Translations under genes and position numbers: made by a program
Shown here: piece by piece, positions 1 to 8,996 of the stretch
How the letters are laid out: each line of letters opens with the position of its first letter
Position numbering within the stretch: position 1 is the stretch's first letter
Virus record (IMG/VR): IMGVR_UViG_3300017761_003550
Span: 1 to 64,000 of that record
DNA: 64,000 nt
Strand: one strand, 5' to 3'
Source of the DNA: a virus
Taxonomy: Duplodnaviria; Caudoviricetes
Notes under the pieces: generated by a model
What the model was told of the DNA's origin: nothing
The model's database searches: none
What the model saw: the letters and a program-made list of their open reading frames with translations, nothing else

Positions 1-717
1 CAAGATGAACGTTCACTAGCTTGTCTTGTTCATGCCAAGCCAGGTGAGTTTGTTTTCACTGATGAACAGAGTCTTGAAGATAGTTTCGCGACGCATCGTA
101 CGATCTGGACTGACAACGTTGAAGCTGAATACTGGGTAAGTCGTAACAAACAAGGTTACGTTGGTGATGCCGGACGCATCTATGGTGTTCAGTGGCGCGA
201 CTGGCAATACCACCGTGATGGCGAGTTTCATTCGATTGATCAAATTGATAATCTTATCCAAGGTCTAAAGAAAGATCCTTATGGTCGGCGTCATATCATT
301 ACCGCCTGGAACCCTGGTGAGCTTGATTTAATGTGTCTACCACCATGCCACATTCTTGCTCAATTCAACGTCACCAATGACGGCTACCTTGAGTGCATGA
401 TGTTCCAGCGCTCTGTGGATACGTTCCTCGGCCTTCCATTCAACATCGCTTCCTATGCTCTTCTGACTTACATTATCGCAGCTGTAACTGGTCTGAAGCC
501 AGGCCGACTGATTATGTCGCTTGGTGACGTTCACATCTACGAAAACCACGTTGAACAAGTGGGTGAGCAGTTGACACGTTTGAGCCGCGATGAACCAAAG
601 GTAATTATTCCAGAATTTGGTGATACTCTGCAAGCATGGCACACGATGCATCCAGATGAATTTTTTCTAGTAAACTATAATCCACACCCCAGCATAAAAG
701 CCCCAATGGCCGTATAG
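1..717 (+). CDS. thyA: Thymidylate synthase (5' truncated by window edge)
   Basis: Frame 1 is open from base 1. Motifs GRIYGVQWR, RRHIITAWNP, LPPCH (catalytic Cys), QRSVDTFLGLPFNIASY, GDVHIYENH. Confidence 0.97.
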   Translation, partial: QDERSLACLVHAKPGEFVFTDEQSLEDSFATHRTIWTDNVEAEYWVSRNKQGYVGDAGRIYGVQWRDWQYHRDGEFHSIDQIDNLIQGLKKDPYGRRHIITAWNPGELDLMCLPPCHILAQFNVTNDGYLECMMFQRSVDTFLGLPFNIASYALLTYIIAAVTGLKPGRLIMSLGDVHIYENHVEQVGEQLTRLSRDEPKVIIPEFGDTLQAWHTMHPDEFFLVNYNPHPSIKAPMAV

Positions 718-725
718 GAGAAACC

Positions 726-890
726 ATGATTACGTATTTCGAAACAGCATACAACATTGAAACGACTGAACCACTTGAAGGAGACTTTGTTGTATCAAAC
801 AACTATCTCTACACCTACCCAATCAATATGAGAATCCTAGATCGTGGGAGTTTTTCTCTGTCGTCACTTAACAAAATTAAGTATCGTTAA
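726..890 (+). CDS. Small hypothetical protein (54 aa, MITYFETAY...)
   Basis: Read manually. AGGAG SD upstream; fills the gap between thyA and nrdJ. Confidence 0.6.
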   Translation: MITYFETAYNIETTEPLEGDFVVSNNYLYTYPINMRILDRGSFSLSSLNKIKYR

Positions 891-952
891 CAGGGACCAT
901 AAGAACAATACACCACATAAATAATACCCAACCCCCTGTAGGATTATCAAAA

Positions 953-2818
953 ATGAAAGATTACCAACGCGTCATTGCCGTGTCCAGATACGCACGATGG
1001 CTTGAGGAAGAGAATAGACGCGAGACTTGGGATGAGACGGTTAGACGTTACTGTAGTTTTGTTTTACCAGATAAGCTTACAACTAAACTCAAAGACGAAA
1101 TATTCAACGCCATTGTGAACCTTGAAGTTATGCCTTCAATGCGCGCACTAATGACTGCTGGCCCAGCAATGGAACGTTGCAACGTTGCCGCTTATAATTG
1201 CTCTTATCTTCCAATTGATAACGTCCGTTCATTCGATGAGCTAATGTACATCCTGATGTGTGGTACAGGCGTCGGCTTCTCTGTTGAACGCATGTACACA
1301 GACAAGCTGCCAATTATTGCTGAACACTTTGAGAAAACCAATACCACCATCATCATCGGCGATTCCAAGTCTGGCTGGGCTAGAGCTTTCAAAGAGCTCC
1401 TGGCTCTTTTGTATTCTGGTCAAATCCCAAATCTTGACTACTCAAAAGTTCGCGCTGAAGGTGAACGTCTAAAGACATTCGGTGGTCGTGCCTCAGGTCC
1501 GGAACCACTTAAGCGTCTCTTCGAATACTGTGTTGATATCTTCCGTAACGCTGGCGGACGTCGCCTTCGTCCTCTTGAAGTTCACGACATTTGCTGTAAG
1601 ACAGCAGAAGTAATCGTTGCTGGTGGCGTTCGCCGCTCAGCACTTATCTCCCTCTCGGATCTTAATGATCGTGAGATGGCAACCTGCAAGAACGGTCAGT
1701 GGTGGACAACCCATCCTCACCGTGCTCTTGCTAATAACTCAGCGGTGTATAATGAGAAACCAACGGTCGGGCAATTCCTTGACGAATGGAAGTCGCTATA
1801 TGAGTCTAAGTCTGGCGAACGTGGGATCTTCAACCGTCAAGCATCAAATAACCAAGCCCTTCGATGCGGACGTAGAGAAATCGATGGAGTTCATTTTGGC
1901 ACTAATCCGTGTTCAGAGATCATCCTTCGGCCGTATCAATTCTGCAACCTTACCGAAGTCGTAGTTCGTGCTGAAGATACTCTCGAAACACTGAAGCAGA
2001 AGGTAGAACTGGCTGTGATCCTCGGAACGATCCAGTCAACCTTCACCGACTTCAAATATCTCCGTAAGATCTGGAAAGACAACTGCGAAGAGGAAAGACT
2101 TCTCGGCGTTTCTATGACAGGTATTTTCGACAACCCAAAAGCTATTGGGTGGATGAATGAACTTAGAGAGCTCTCCGTCAAAGTAAATGCTGAGTGGGCC
2201 AAGAAACTCGGCATCAATCAGTCAGTTGCTATCACCTGTGTGAAACCATCTGGAACCGTATCACAGCTTGTTGATTCGGCATCAGGCATTCACCCACGTC
2301 ACTCGGAATACTATCTCCGCACTATTCGCGGTGATAACTTCGATGCAATGACGACATTCCTTAAGGCTCAAGGTGTTCCAAACGAGCCAGATGTAATGAT
2401 GCCAAACAAAACTACTGTCTTCAGCTTCCCCCAGAAGTCACCAAAGGGTGCTGTTACACGTCATGACATCACCGCTCTAGAACACCTTGAAACTTGGCTA
2501 ACAGTTCAGCGCGAGTGGTGTGAACATAAACCTTCTGTAACGATTAACGTTGGTGAAGATGAATGGGTGGATATGGCCGCTTTCGTTTACAAACACTTTG
2601 ATGAGATCACCGGAGTAGCCTTCCTGCCTCGTGATGATCACACTTATCAACAGGCTCCTTATCAAGACATTGACAAGGAAACCTATGAAAAGTGGGTTGA
2701 AAATTCGCCTAAATCAATCGACTGGGATAAACTGCGCGACTTCGAAAAAGAAGATCAAACTACAGGAAGTCAAGAGCTTGCTTGCTCAGCTGGCGGCTGC
2801 GAGGTAACTTCTATCTAG
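953..2818 (+). CDS. nrdJ: Class II (adenosylcobalamin-dependent) ribonucleotide reductase, monomeric type
   Basis: YNCSY, RRSALISL, TNPCSEI (thiyl Cys), CNLTEV, KPSGTVSQL, C-terminal CSAGGC redox pair. No adjacent nrdB. Confidence 0.93.
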   Translation: MKDYQRVIAVSRYARWLEEENRRETWDETVRRYCSFVLPDKLTTKLKDEIFNAIVNLEVMPSMRALMTAGPAMERCNVAAYNCSYLPIDNVRSFDELMYILMCGTGVGFSVERMYTDKLPIIAEHFEKTNTTIIIGDSKSGWARAFKELLALLYSGQIPNLDYSKVRAEGERLKTFGGRASGPEPLKRLFEYCVDIFRNAGGRRLRPLEVHDICCKTAEVIVAGGVRRSALISLSDLNDREMATCKNGQWWTTHPHRALANNSAVYNEKPTVGQFLDEWKSLYESKSGERGIFNRQASNNQALRCGRREIDGVHFGTNPCSEIILRPYQFCNLTEVVVRAEDTLETLKQKVELAVILGTIQSTFTDFKYLRKIWKDNCEEERLLGVSMTGIFDNPKAIGWMNELRELSVKVNAEWAKKLGINQSVAITCVKPSGTVSQLVDSASGIHPRHSEYYLRTIRGDNFDAMTTFLKAQGVPNEPDVMMPNKTTVFSFPQKSPKGAVTRHDITALEHLETWLTVQREWCEHKPSVTINVGEDEWVDMAAFVYKHFDEITGVAFLPRDDHTYQQAPYQDIDKETYEKWVENSPKSIDWDKLRDFEKEDQTTGSQELACSAGGCEVTSI

Positions 2819-2827
2819 GAGTCGGAT

Positions 2828-3133
2828 ATGTCTTTAGAGCTAGAGTTAGGCGATTTTATTAACATTCTGAAAGAACCAGAATATGATTTCTGGAACAATA
2901 CAACTTCAGAGCCTGAGATAACTGGACCTGTATACAAAGTAAGACAGATTTCTCATAATCTTATTAAGAGAACCTATCGTCTAGCTTTAGAAGACATCTC
3001 AAAACCTGGTAACATTGATTATTTTGATCTAAGTGAAACAAAAATAAAAATTCTTCTCACGACTAAAGACGGCGATCCTTATTCTAAGATACTTAATAGT
3101 GCCAGGTGGTCATCACCTGGCACTGATCGTTAA
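2828..3133 (+). CDS. Hypothetical protein
   Basis: ORF in operon orientation with GGAG SD. Confidence 0.65.
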   Translation: MSLELELGDFINILKEPEYDFWNNTTSEPEITGPVYKVRQISHNLIKRTYRLALEDISKPGNIDYFDLSETKIKILLTTKDGDPYSKILNSARWSSPGTDR

Positions 3134-3208
3134 GTGTAAAATTCTATACGAGCTAAATATGTGTATGAAAATATCTGAAGAGAAAAACACAAAAAAGGAG
3201 AATTTCAC

Positions 3209-4528
3209 GTGGGCAACGAAAAGGATTTCGGCCGTCGTGGCGGATGGAAGAATGACGATAAGCGTGATGAACGCGAATCTGAACACCTTTCCGCACCAGT
3301 TGCAGCATCGGCTGTAGCTGAACCATCATTTCAACTTTCAAAGTCGTTAGTTGAACAACTTCAAGAAATTCTAAATGAAACAAATTCTGACGTTGGTTAT
3401 TTCAGCGCAGAAATTGCTGACACTGAAGCCGAGTTTGCAGATATCAAAGCTGAATTTGATGGCGAATTAGCTGTTCTTAATGCTAAGAAGTCACGTCTTG
3501 TTGGTAAAGCAGCTCAAGCTTCTGCTGCGATCGCATTCCTCATGCCACCTGTTGTGGTTGTTGAACCTGATCTACCACCAGTTGAACCAACACCGGTTGA
3601 AGAACCAGTTGTTGTAGTTGAACCTACTCCAGTTCCTGTTGAAGAACCAGTTGTAGTAATCGAAGAACCAGTTGTTGTAGTTGAACCTGCACCAGTCCCA
3701 GTCGAAGAACCAGTTGTAGTAATCGAAGAACCAGTTGTAGTAGTTGAACCAACACCAGAACCAGTAGTTGAAGAAACTCCTGTTATTGTTGTTGAGGAAC
3801 CAGTCGTAATTGAAACACCAGTTGAACCAACACCAGAACCACTACCTGTTGTTGAAGAAACTGCACCAGTTCCTGTTGAAGAACCAGTTGTTGATGAAGT
3901 TGTTGTAGTAGAACCTGCACCAGTCCCAGTCGAAGAACCAGTTCTTGTAGTTGAACCTGCTCCAGTTCCTGTTGAAGAAACAGTTGTTGTAGTAGAACCA
4001 ACACCAGAACCAGTGATTGAAACAGCACCAGTCTGGTTCCCAGAAATCATTTTTCTTCCACCACCAGTCATTGACGAAGTTGTGGTAGTTGAACCAGTTC
4101 CAACACCAGTTGTTGATGAAGTTGTTATCATCGAAGAACCAGTTGTAATCGAAACACCTGTTGAACCAACACCAGAACCAGTAGTTGAACTACCTGTTGT
4201 TGAACTACCTGTTGTTGAACCAACACCTGAGGTTAACCTACCAGCCCCAGTTAGTCCAGATATCATCGTCGAACAACCTATGGTCGAAGATGACACAGTG
4301 GTTATCGAAGCTCCTGAAGTAACAGAGCCAATTGTTGATCCAGTGATCCCGTTCCCAGAACCAATTTTCGACACACCTGTTGAAGAAGTTCTTGTTGACG
4401 CTCCTGCATTACAAGATGCTCCTGTCTTCGAATCAATCGTTGAAGAAGCACCACTAAATACTGATGAAGTATTGGTGCCATCGGCAGAATCTGAGCTTAT
4501 TCTTGAGCTTCCAGCCGACAAACAATAA
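3209..4528 (+). CDS. Pro/Val/Glu-rich repeat protein with N-terminal coiled coil
   Basis: GTG start after AAGGAG; helical N-terminal region, then about 300 aa of PVEEPVVVVEP-type repeats lacking Lys/Arg. Confidence 0.85.
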   Translation: MGNEKDFGRRGGWKNDDKRDERESEHLSAPVAASAVAEPSFQLSKSLVEQLQEILNETNSDVGYFSAEIADTEAEFADIKAEFDGELAVLNAKKSRLVGKAAQASAAIAFLMPPVVVVEPDLPPVEPTPVEEPVVVVEPTPVPVEEPVVVIEEPVVVVEPAPVPVEEPVVVIEEPVVVVEPTPEPVVEETPVIVVEEPVVIETPVEPTPEPLPVVEETAPVPVEEPVVDEVVVVEPAPVPVEEPVLVVEPAPVPVEETVVVVEPTPEPVIETAPVWFPEIIFLPPPVIDEVVVVEPVPTPVVDEVVIIEEPVVIETPVEPTPEPVVELPVVELPVVEPTPEVNLPAPVSPDIIVEQPMVEDDTVVIEAPEVTEPIVDPVIPFPEPIFDTPVEEVLVDAPALQDAPVFESIVEEAPLNTDEVLVPSAESELILELPADKQ

Positions 4529-4540
4529 GAGGAAGTAGAG

Positions 4541-6001
4541 ATGAGACTTTTAGAAGACGTACAGGGAATCGTTGATGGCATTGCCGGAGAACGAGAAAGA
4601 CTTGAAAAGCGTATTAAGAATCTTCAGCAAAAACTGAAAGAAAACGAATCGTCATATCAAGCAGATAAAGAGCGTATTACTAAAGATATCAAAGACGCTC
4701 AAGATGATCTTGCTGCTCTTGGTGCAAAAGCTCTTGAGTCTGAAAATGTCATCAAATATATGACAGGTAGACTTGAAGCTCAACCACCAGTGATCGTTGA
4801 AGTTATCAAAGAAGTACGTGTTGATGTCCCTGTAGAAGTCGTTCGCGAAGTCGAAAAACTTGTTGAAGTGCCAGTGCCAGGACCTGAACGTATCGTTGAG
4901 GTTCTTGGCCCTGAGCGCATTGTTGAGGTACCAGGACCTGAGCGTGTAGTTAACGTTGAGGTTCCTGGACCAACAGTTGAAGTCGTTCGCGAAGTCACTG
5001 TAGAAGTCCCAGGTCCAACAGTTGAAGTCGTAAGAGAAGTAACTGTTGAGGTTCCTGGACCAGAAAGAATCGTAGAAGTCTTAGGACCTGAGCGTATTGT
5101 TGAGGTTCCTGGACCAGAAAGAATCGTAGAAGTCTTAGGACCTGAGCGTATTGTTGAGGTTCTCGGACCAGAAAGAATCGTAGAAGTCCCAGGTCCAACA
5201 GTTGAAGTCGTAAAAGAAGTTACAGTTGAGGTTCCTGGACCCGAACGTATTGTCGAGGTTCCTGGACCAACAGTAGAAGTAGTAAGAGAAGTTACGGTTG
5301 AAGTACCAGGTCCTGAACGTGTTGTAGAAGTCCCAGGTCCAACAGTTGAAGTTGTAAAAGAAGTTACAGTTGTTGATGAAACAAAAGTAAAAGAACTTGA
5401 AGGTACAGTTGCAACTCTAAACTCTACTATTGAAGGACTACTCAAGCAACTTGATGCTGCTCTCGCACCAGCCCCAACGCCAGTTCCTGAACCAACACCA
5501 TTCCCAGATCCAGTTGTGGTCGTTGAACCAACACCAGAACCAGTAGTAGAACCTACTCCAGTTCCTGTTGAAGAACCAGTAGTGGTTGTTGTGGAACCAG
5601 TTCCTGTCTCTGAGCCTGTTGTTGAACCAGCGCCTGAACCAGTTGTAATTGTGGAACCAGCGCCTGAACCAGTAGTAGAACCTACTCCAGTTCCTGTTGA
5701 ACCAACACCAGAGCCAGTTTCTGAGCCTGTAGTTGATCCAGCACCAGTTCCTGTTGAAGAGCCAGTTCCTACACCAGTTGAAGAGCCAGCCCCAGTGGTT
5801 GTAACTCCTGATCCTGTTGTAGAAACTCCGGTCGTTGACATTCCTGTTGTTGAACCAACACCAGAACCTGCGCCAGTAGACCCAGTCGCACCAGTTGTTG
5901 ATCCGGTTCTTGAAACGCCAGCCTCGCCAGTAATTCCTGATTTTGATGTTGTAATCGAACCAGTAGTTTCTGAACCAGTGGCAAATACTTCGCCTACCTA
6001 A
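4541..6001 (+). CDS. Coiled-coil plus VEVPGPERI / VEVVREVT repeat protein with Pro/Glu-rich tail (articulin/alveolin-like repeats)
   Basis: GAGG SD; two heptad segments flank tandem VEV(P/L)GP(ERI/TVEVVREVT) repeats. Confidence 0.85.
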   Translation: MRLLEDVQGIVDGIAGERERLEKRIKNLQQKLKENESSYQADKERITKDIKDAQDDLAALGAKALESENVIKYMTGRLEAQPPVIVEVIKEVRVDVPVEVVREVEKLVEVPVPGPERIVEVLGPERIVEVPGPERVVNVEVPGPTVEVVREVTVEVPGPTVEVVREVTVEVPGPERIVEVLGPERIVEVPGPERIVEVLGPERIVEVLGPERIVEVPGPTVEVVKEVTVEVPGPERIVEVPGPTVEVVREVTVEVPGPERVVEVPGPTVEVVKEVTVVDETKVKELEGTVATLNSTIEGLLKQLDAALAPAPTPVPEPTPFPDPVVVVEPTPEPVVEPTPVPVEEPVVVVVEPVPVSEPVVEPAPEPVVIVEPAPEPVVEPTPVPVEPTPEPVSEPVVDPAPVPVEEPVPTPVEEPAPVVVTPDPVVETPVVDIPVVEPTPEPAPVDPVAPVVDPVLETPASPVIPDFDVVIEPVVSEPVANTSPT

Positions 6002-6026
6002 ACGAGTAAACAACCACTAACAGGTG

Positions 6027-6050
6027 ACGCCCAGTGTAACAGCTGGGCGT
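6027..6050 (+). terminator. Stem-loop, possible terminator after the repeat-protein pair
   Basis: ACGCCCAG-N8-CTGGGCGT; weak U tract. Confidence 0.5.
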
Positions 6051-6091
6051 TCACACATTTAAATAAATAATGGGTAATTCGGGAATCTGTC

Positions 6092-7090
6092 ATGTATACA
6101 TTCAAACAGTTTATTCGTGAAGGTCTGACGCAGTGGCAGGCAAAGCTTGCGCACAATGTTGCATCAAGAAGAAAGCCAGAAGTCCTAAAACAGACTGATC
6201 GTTACTTCGGAAAAGGCTCAGACGAGAAGAAACTCACAATTACTGATCCAGGGTCTAAAAAAAGCCCAGTGCATCAAGAGGTTGAGCAGCACCTTGGAAG
6301 AGAAATCTCACATTTTGACTACCATGAGGGATTGACGCCTGCAGACCCTAAAAAGCCACAAAATCGCACTAAACTCGGAAAGATGATCAAGGATTCAGGT
6401 ATCCGCGATCGCTTTAATTCTGACCCATCAAGAAATCGTGACCTATCGAGTCACAAATACAATCCAGTTATCCAGCATTCTGATGAACACCACGAATTAG
6501 TCGTTCAACGTGGAGCTCACGTCGCTGGCATGTCTAACCCTGAATCGGCGCCAGAACACCCAACTGGGCATTCTTGGGCTTATGGATCAGAATCCAGATC
6601 TGAGGGTGGACAACTTGATGGATCTTGTATGACACATCCATCGCATACAGATGTGTATCATATGGATGATGAAGAAGAAAAAGACACTCTAAGAATCCTG
6701 CATGGTCATGTTAGATACGGCGGTGTTGTGATGTATGGTCGTAAGAATGGTATTGACAAATATCGCGAGTTTCGTGTTCCATATCAAAACACTCAGGGAC
6801 ATACTATTTTCCACAAGAACAACAGCTATGGTGAACATCATCCAGCATTTATGGATGCGGCTGAAAAAGAAGCACAGAAAATGTCTGGGAAACCACGTGG
6901 TTCTGTTATCTACAAGGTAGATCGTGGAAGATTCTACGCCGAAGGTCCTGAACACAAACTTAGACCAGGAACTACTCCTGAACAAATAAAGAATGCATTA
7001 GATAGAAATCATCCAGATTATGAAACAGATTCTGGCAATCGGCTGGCTCTTTTTAAGATGTCGCAGAAATTAAAAGGACAAACGAAATGA
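6092..7090 (+). CDS. Putative internal head protein (CTS-like N-terminus MYTFKQFIRE)
   Basis: N-terminus resembles the T4 IP capsid-targeting sequence; TAAATA late-promoter-like motif at about 6060-6069. Confidence 0.7.
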   Translation: MYTFKQFIREGLTQWQAKLAHNVASRRKPEVLKQTDRYFGKGSDEKKLTITDPGSKKSPVHQEVEQHLGREISHFDYHEGLTPADPKKPQNRTKLGKMIKDSGIRDRFNSDPSRNRDLSSHKYNPVIQHSDEHHELVVQRGAHVAGMSNPESAPEHPTGHSWAYGSESRSEGGQLDGSCMTHPSHTDVYHMDDEEEKDTLRILHGHVRYGGVVMYGRKNGIDKYREFRVPYQNTQGHTIFHKNNSYGEHHPAFMDAAEKEAQKMSGKPRGSVIYKVDRGRFYAEGPEHKLRPGTTPEQIKNALDRNHPDYETDSGNRLALFKMSQKLKGQTK

Positions 7091-7257
7091 GAATTTTACT
7101 AATCGCATTGGCACTGATGACTGCAGCTTGTTCATCAGTGCCTGTCGTTACACCACCAATTTCAACAATTGAAGATGGTCGCTCAACTGAGCCATCGCCA
7201 GCGCCAGGTGGATATAGCCAGTTCTGTCGTGACACACCAACATCCCCCCTTTGCTGA
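7087..7257 (+). CDS. Small lipoprotein (56 aa) resembling the N-terminal part of alphaproteobacterial BTLCP proteins
   Basis: Read manually: MRILLIALALMTAAC (signal peptide + lipobox Cys), ends PGGYSQFCRDTPTSPLC; ATGA overlap with upstream ORF. Confidence 0.8.
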   Translation: MRILLIALALMTAACSSVPVVTPPISTIEDGRSTEPSPAPGGYSQFCRDTPTSPLC

Positions 7258-7269
7258 TAGGAGATTTTA

Positions 7270-7704
7270 ATGTCACTAGCAATCATCGATGAAGTGTTTA
7301 AGATCGTTAGACTACGGCTAATCTACGAATCAGATGAAAAGGTTTTTGGTAAAAATGAATATTGGAAATCTTGGAAAAATGAAATTGCTGCAGGCCCAGG
7401 AAATTTCAAAGATGATTGCGATGGCTTTGCTCTTACAATGGCAGAGATGCTGATCGATCGTGGTATAAACAAAAAGCATGTTGCTCTTTGTTTCTGCGCC
7501 ATCGTTGATGATGCAAGCCCAAACAACAAAGAATATCATCTAGCAACTAAGGTGTTCAACGAACAAGACGGATATTGGTATATTATGGACAACAATGTTA
7601 GTCGTCCACAAAGACGTAAAAACGCTGGTGGTTATGGATGGGGATTTGAATGGATCTCTTGTATGTACGCTGATAAACCAGGTAATTGGGTAGTGGATCA
7701 ATGA
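7270..7704 (+). CDS. Transglutaminase-like cysteine protease (BTLCP / peptidase C93, LapG-like) catalytic domain
   Basis: YESDEKVFGKNEYW, DDCDGFA (Cys), EYHLA (His), YIMDN (Asp), in BTLCP order and spacing. Confidence 0.75.
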   Translation: MSLAIIDEVFKIVRLRLIYESDEKVFGKNEYWKSWKNEIAAGPGNFKDDCDGFALTMAEMLIDRGINKKHVALCFCAIVDDASPNNKEYHLATKVFNEQDGYWYIMDNNVSRPQRRKNAGGYGWGFEWISCMYADKPGNWVVDQ

Positions 7705-8084
7705 TGAAAACGTTTAAAGAATTCAGTGAAGCTACTAGGGTCCGAGGATTCCCAAAGGGTTCAAGAATCACCACAACAACTGTCCACAAAAGTGATATTG
7801 AACACGCTACTGCGTTGTCATCAGATTTAGCGACAGCAGACAGTAAACCATTCGTTAAAATTCACCACAATCCAAAAGATAAAACTTTTGAAATCCACAC
7901 AAGACGAAGAGATGTTAAAGGTTCTCCAACTGGCCCAGCTGCTGTTACGAAATACGACGAGGGTAGTTTTATACGACACGCAAATAAAGTAATGAGTAAG
8001 GTCTTTCCAGATTTTTATCCACCTGCTAAACACGCTTCAATGGAAACCAACGGAAAGAAGTTTCGTTTCAAATTAGGTAGATAA
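7701..8084 (+). CDS. Putative internal head protein (MMKTFKEFSE)
   Basis: MKTFKEF matches the T4 IPI N-terminus as recalled; basic protein; start at ATGA overlap. Confidence 0.7.
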   Translation: MMKTFKEFSEATRVRGFPKGSRITTTTVHKSDIEHATALSSDLATADSKPFVKIHHNPKDKTFEIHTRRRDVKGSPTGPAAVTKYDEGSFIRHANKVMSKVFPDFYPPAKHASMETNGKKFRFKLGR

Positions 8085-8089
8085 ATATC

Positions 8090-8503
8090 ATGTGGATTTA
8101 TGAAGGTAAAGATGTTGAGGAAGTTCCAGAAAACGTTTTTGGGTTTGTCTATCTTATAGAATGCACAAACGGAAAAGCTTATATCGGTCGAAAGTATTTC
8201 ACTAAAGCCGGATACAAGGTCGTAAAAGGTAAACGTAAAAAACTTCGGAAGGAATCTGATTGGAAAGATTATTATGGTTCATCCAAAGATTTGCTGGCTG
8301 ATTTAGAACACTATGGTCCGAAATGTTTTAAAAGAACTATTCTTAGATTTTGCCAGACTCGCGGCGAAACCAACTACCAAGAAGCCAAGTTACAATTTCA
8401 ATATAATGTTCTAGAAGAAAAACTACCTGATGGAACTCCACGGTATTATAATTCGTGGATCTCAGGCAAATTCCACAGAGCATCTATTTCTAAAAAGGCT
8501 TGA
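8090..8503 (+). CDS. GIY-YIG nuclease (endonuclease II/DenA-like)
   Basis: GFVY-LIECTNGKA-YIGRK, YYGSS, conserved Glu (NYQEA) and YYN. Confidence 0.8.
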   Translation: MWIYEGKDVEEVPENVFGFVYLIECTNGKAYIGRKYFTKAGYKVVKGKRKKLRKESDWKDYYGSSKDLLADLEHYGPKCFKRTILRFCQTRGETNYQEAKLQFQYNVLEEKLPDGTPRYYNSWISGKFHRASISKKA

Positions 8504-8527
8504 CAACTGTCGTGCATACACTATACT
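8500..8527 (+). promoter_or_regulatory. Sigma70-type promoter
   Basis: TTGACA-16 bp-TATACT upstream of the SpeD-like gene. Confidence 0.65.
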
Positions 8528-8567
8528 ACACTATTCTATTAACAATCTTAGAAGGAAATTACGTGAA

Positions 8568-8996
8568 TTGGGAAAAGTACTCGAACACAAGCACCTCATT
8601 GTTAGGGCAGAATTAAACAACCCACCAAAGGATCCAGCCGCAATTAAGGACTGGATGGCTCGTCTTGTAGATACCATTGGGATGAAAATTCTTATGGGCC
8701 CATACAGCGTGTATTCTCCTATGGTTGGTAATCAAGGACTCACAGCAGTCACAATCATCGAAACAAGTCACATCGCGATGCACGTCTGGGACGAATGTGA
8801 TCCCGGACTAATGCAATTTGATGTATACACTTGTTCCACTCTTGATATTAAAGACGTCTTCGACGCTCTCAGTGAATTTGAACCAACGAAAGTTGAGTAC
8901 AAGTTCATTGATCGCGAACATGGTCTTAAAACAATCACCGGTGGTAAACGTACAAAGATTAAAGCAGTGAAGAAACAGCTTGACAAAGCTGCATAA
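8568..8996 (+). CDS. speD: S-adenosylmethionine decarboxylase proenzyme family (pyruvoyl-dependent)
   Basis: HLIV, GLTAVTIIETSHIAMHVWDE, FDVYTC; TTG start after AGGA. Confidence 0.8.
   Translation: MGKVLEHKHLIVRAELNNPPKDPAAIKDWMARLVDTIGMKILMGPYSVYSPMVGNQGLTAVTIIETSHIAMHVWDECDPGLMQFDVYTCSTLDIKDVFDALSEFEPTKVEYKFIDREHGLKTITGGKRTKIKAVKKQLDKAA

Noticed and set aside
1-2818. Group I introns or inteins in thyA or nrdJ (common T4-like insertion sites)
   Set aside because: Both frames are continuous and of normal length within the window.
3514-6013. Long minus-strand Thr/Gly/Ser-rich and Trp/Asn-rich ORFs (3514-4581, 4780-5841, 5438-6013)
   Set aside because: Antisense shadows of the Pro/Val/Glu repeats, whose codons give few reverse stops; no SD or promoter support.
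7255-7260. Stop-codon reassignment explaining the in-frame TGA TAG in the BTLCP locus
   Set aside because: Two different stops in tandem, a new SD follows, core genes end normally at TAA, TAG and TGA, and there is no suppressor tRNA.
8080-8087. GATAAATA as a late promoter for the GIY-YIG gene at 8090
   Set aside because: Only 2 nt before the ATG, so a transcript would likely start inside the codon; not listed as a promoter.
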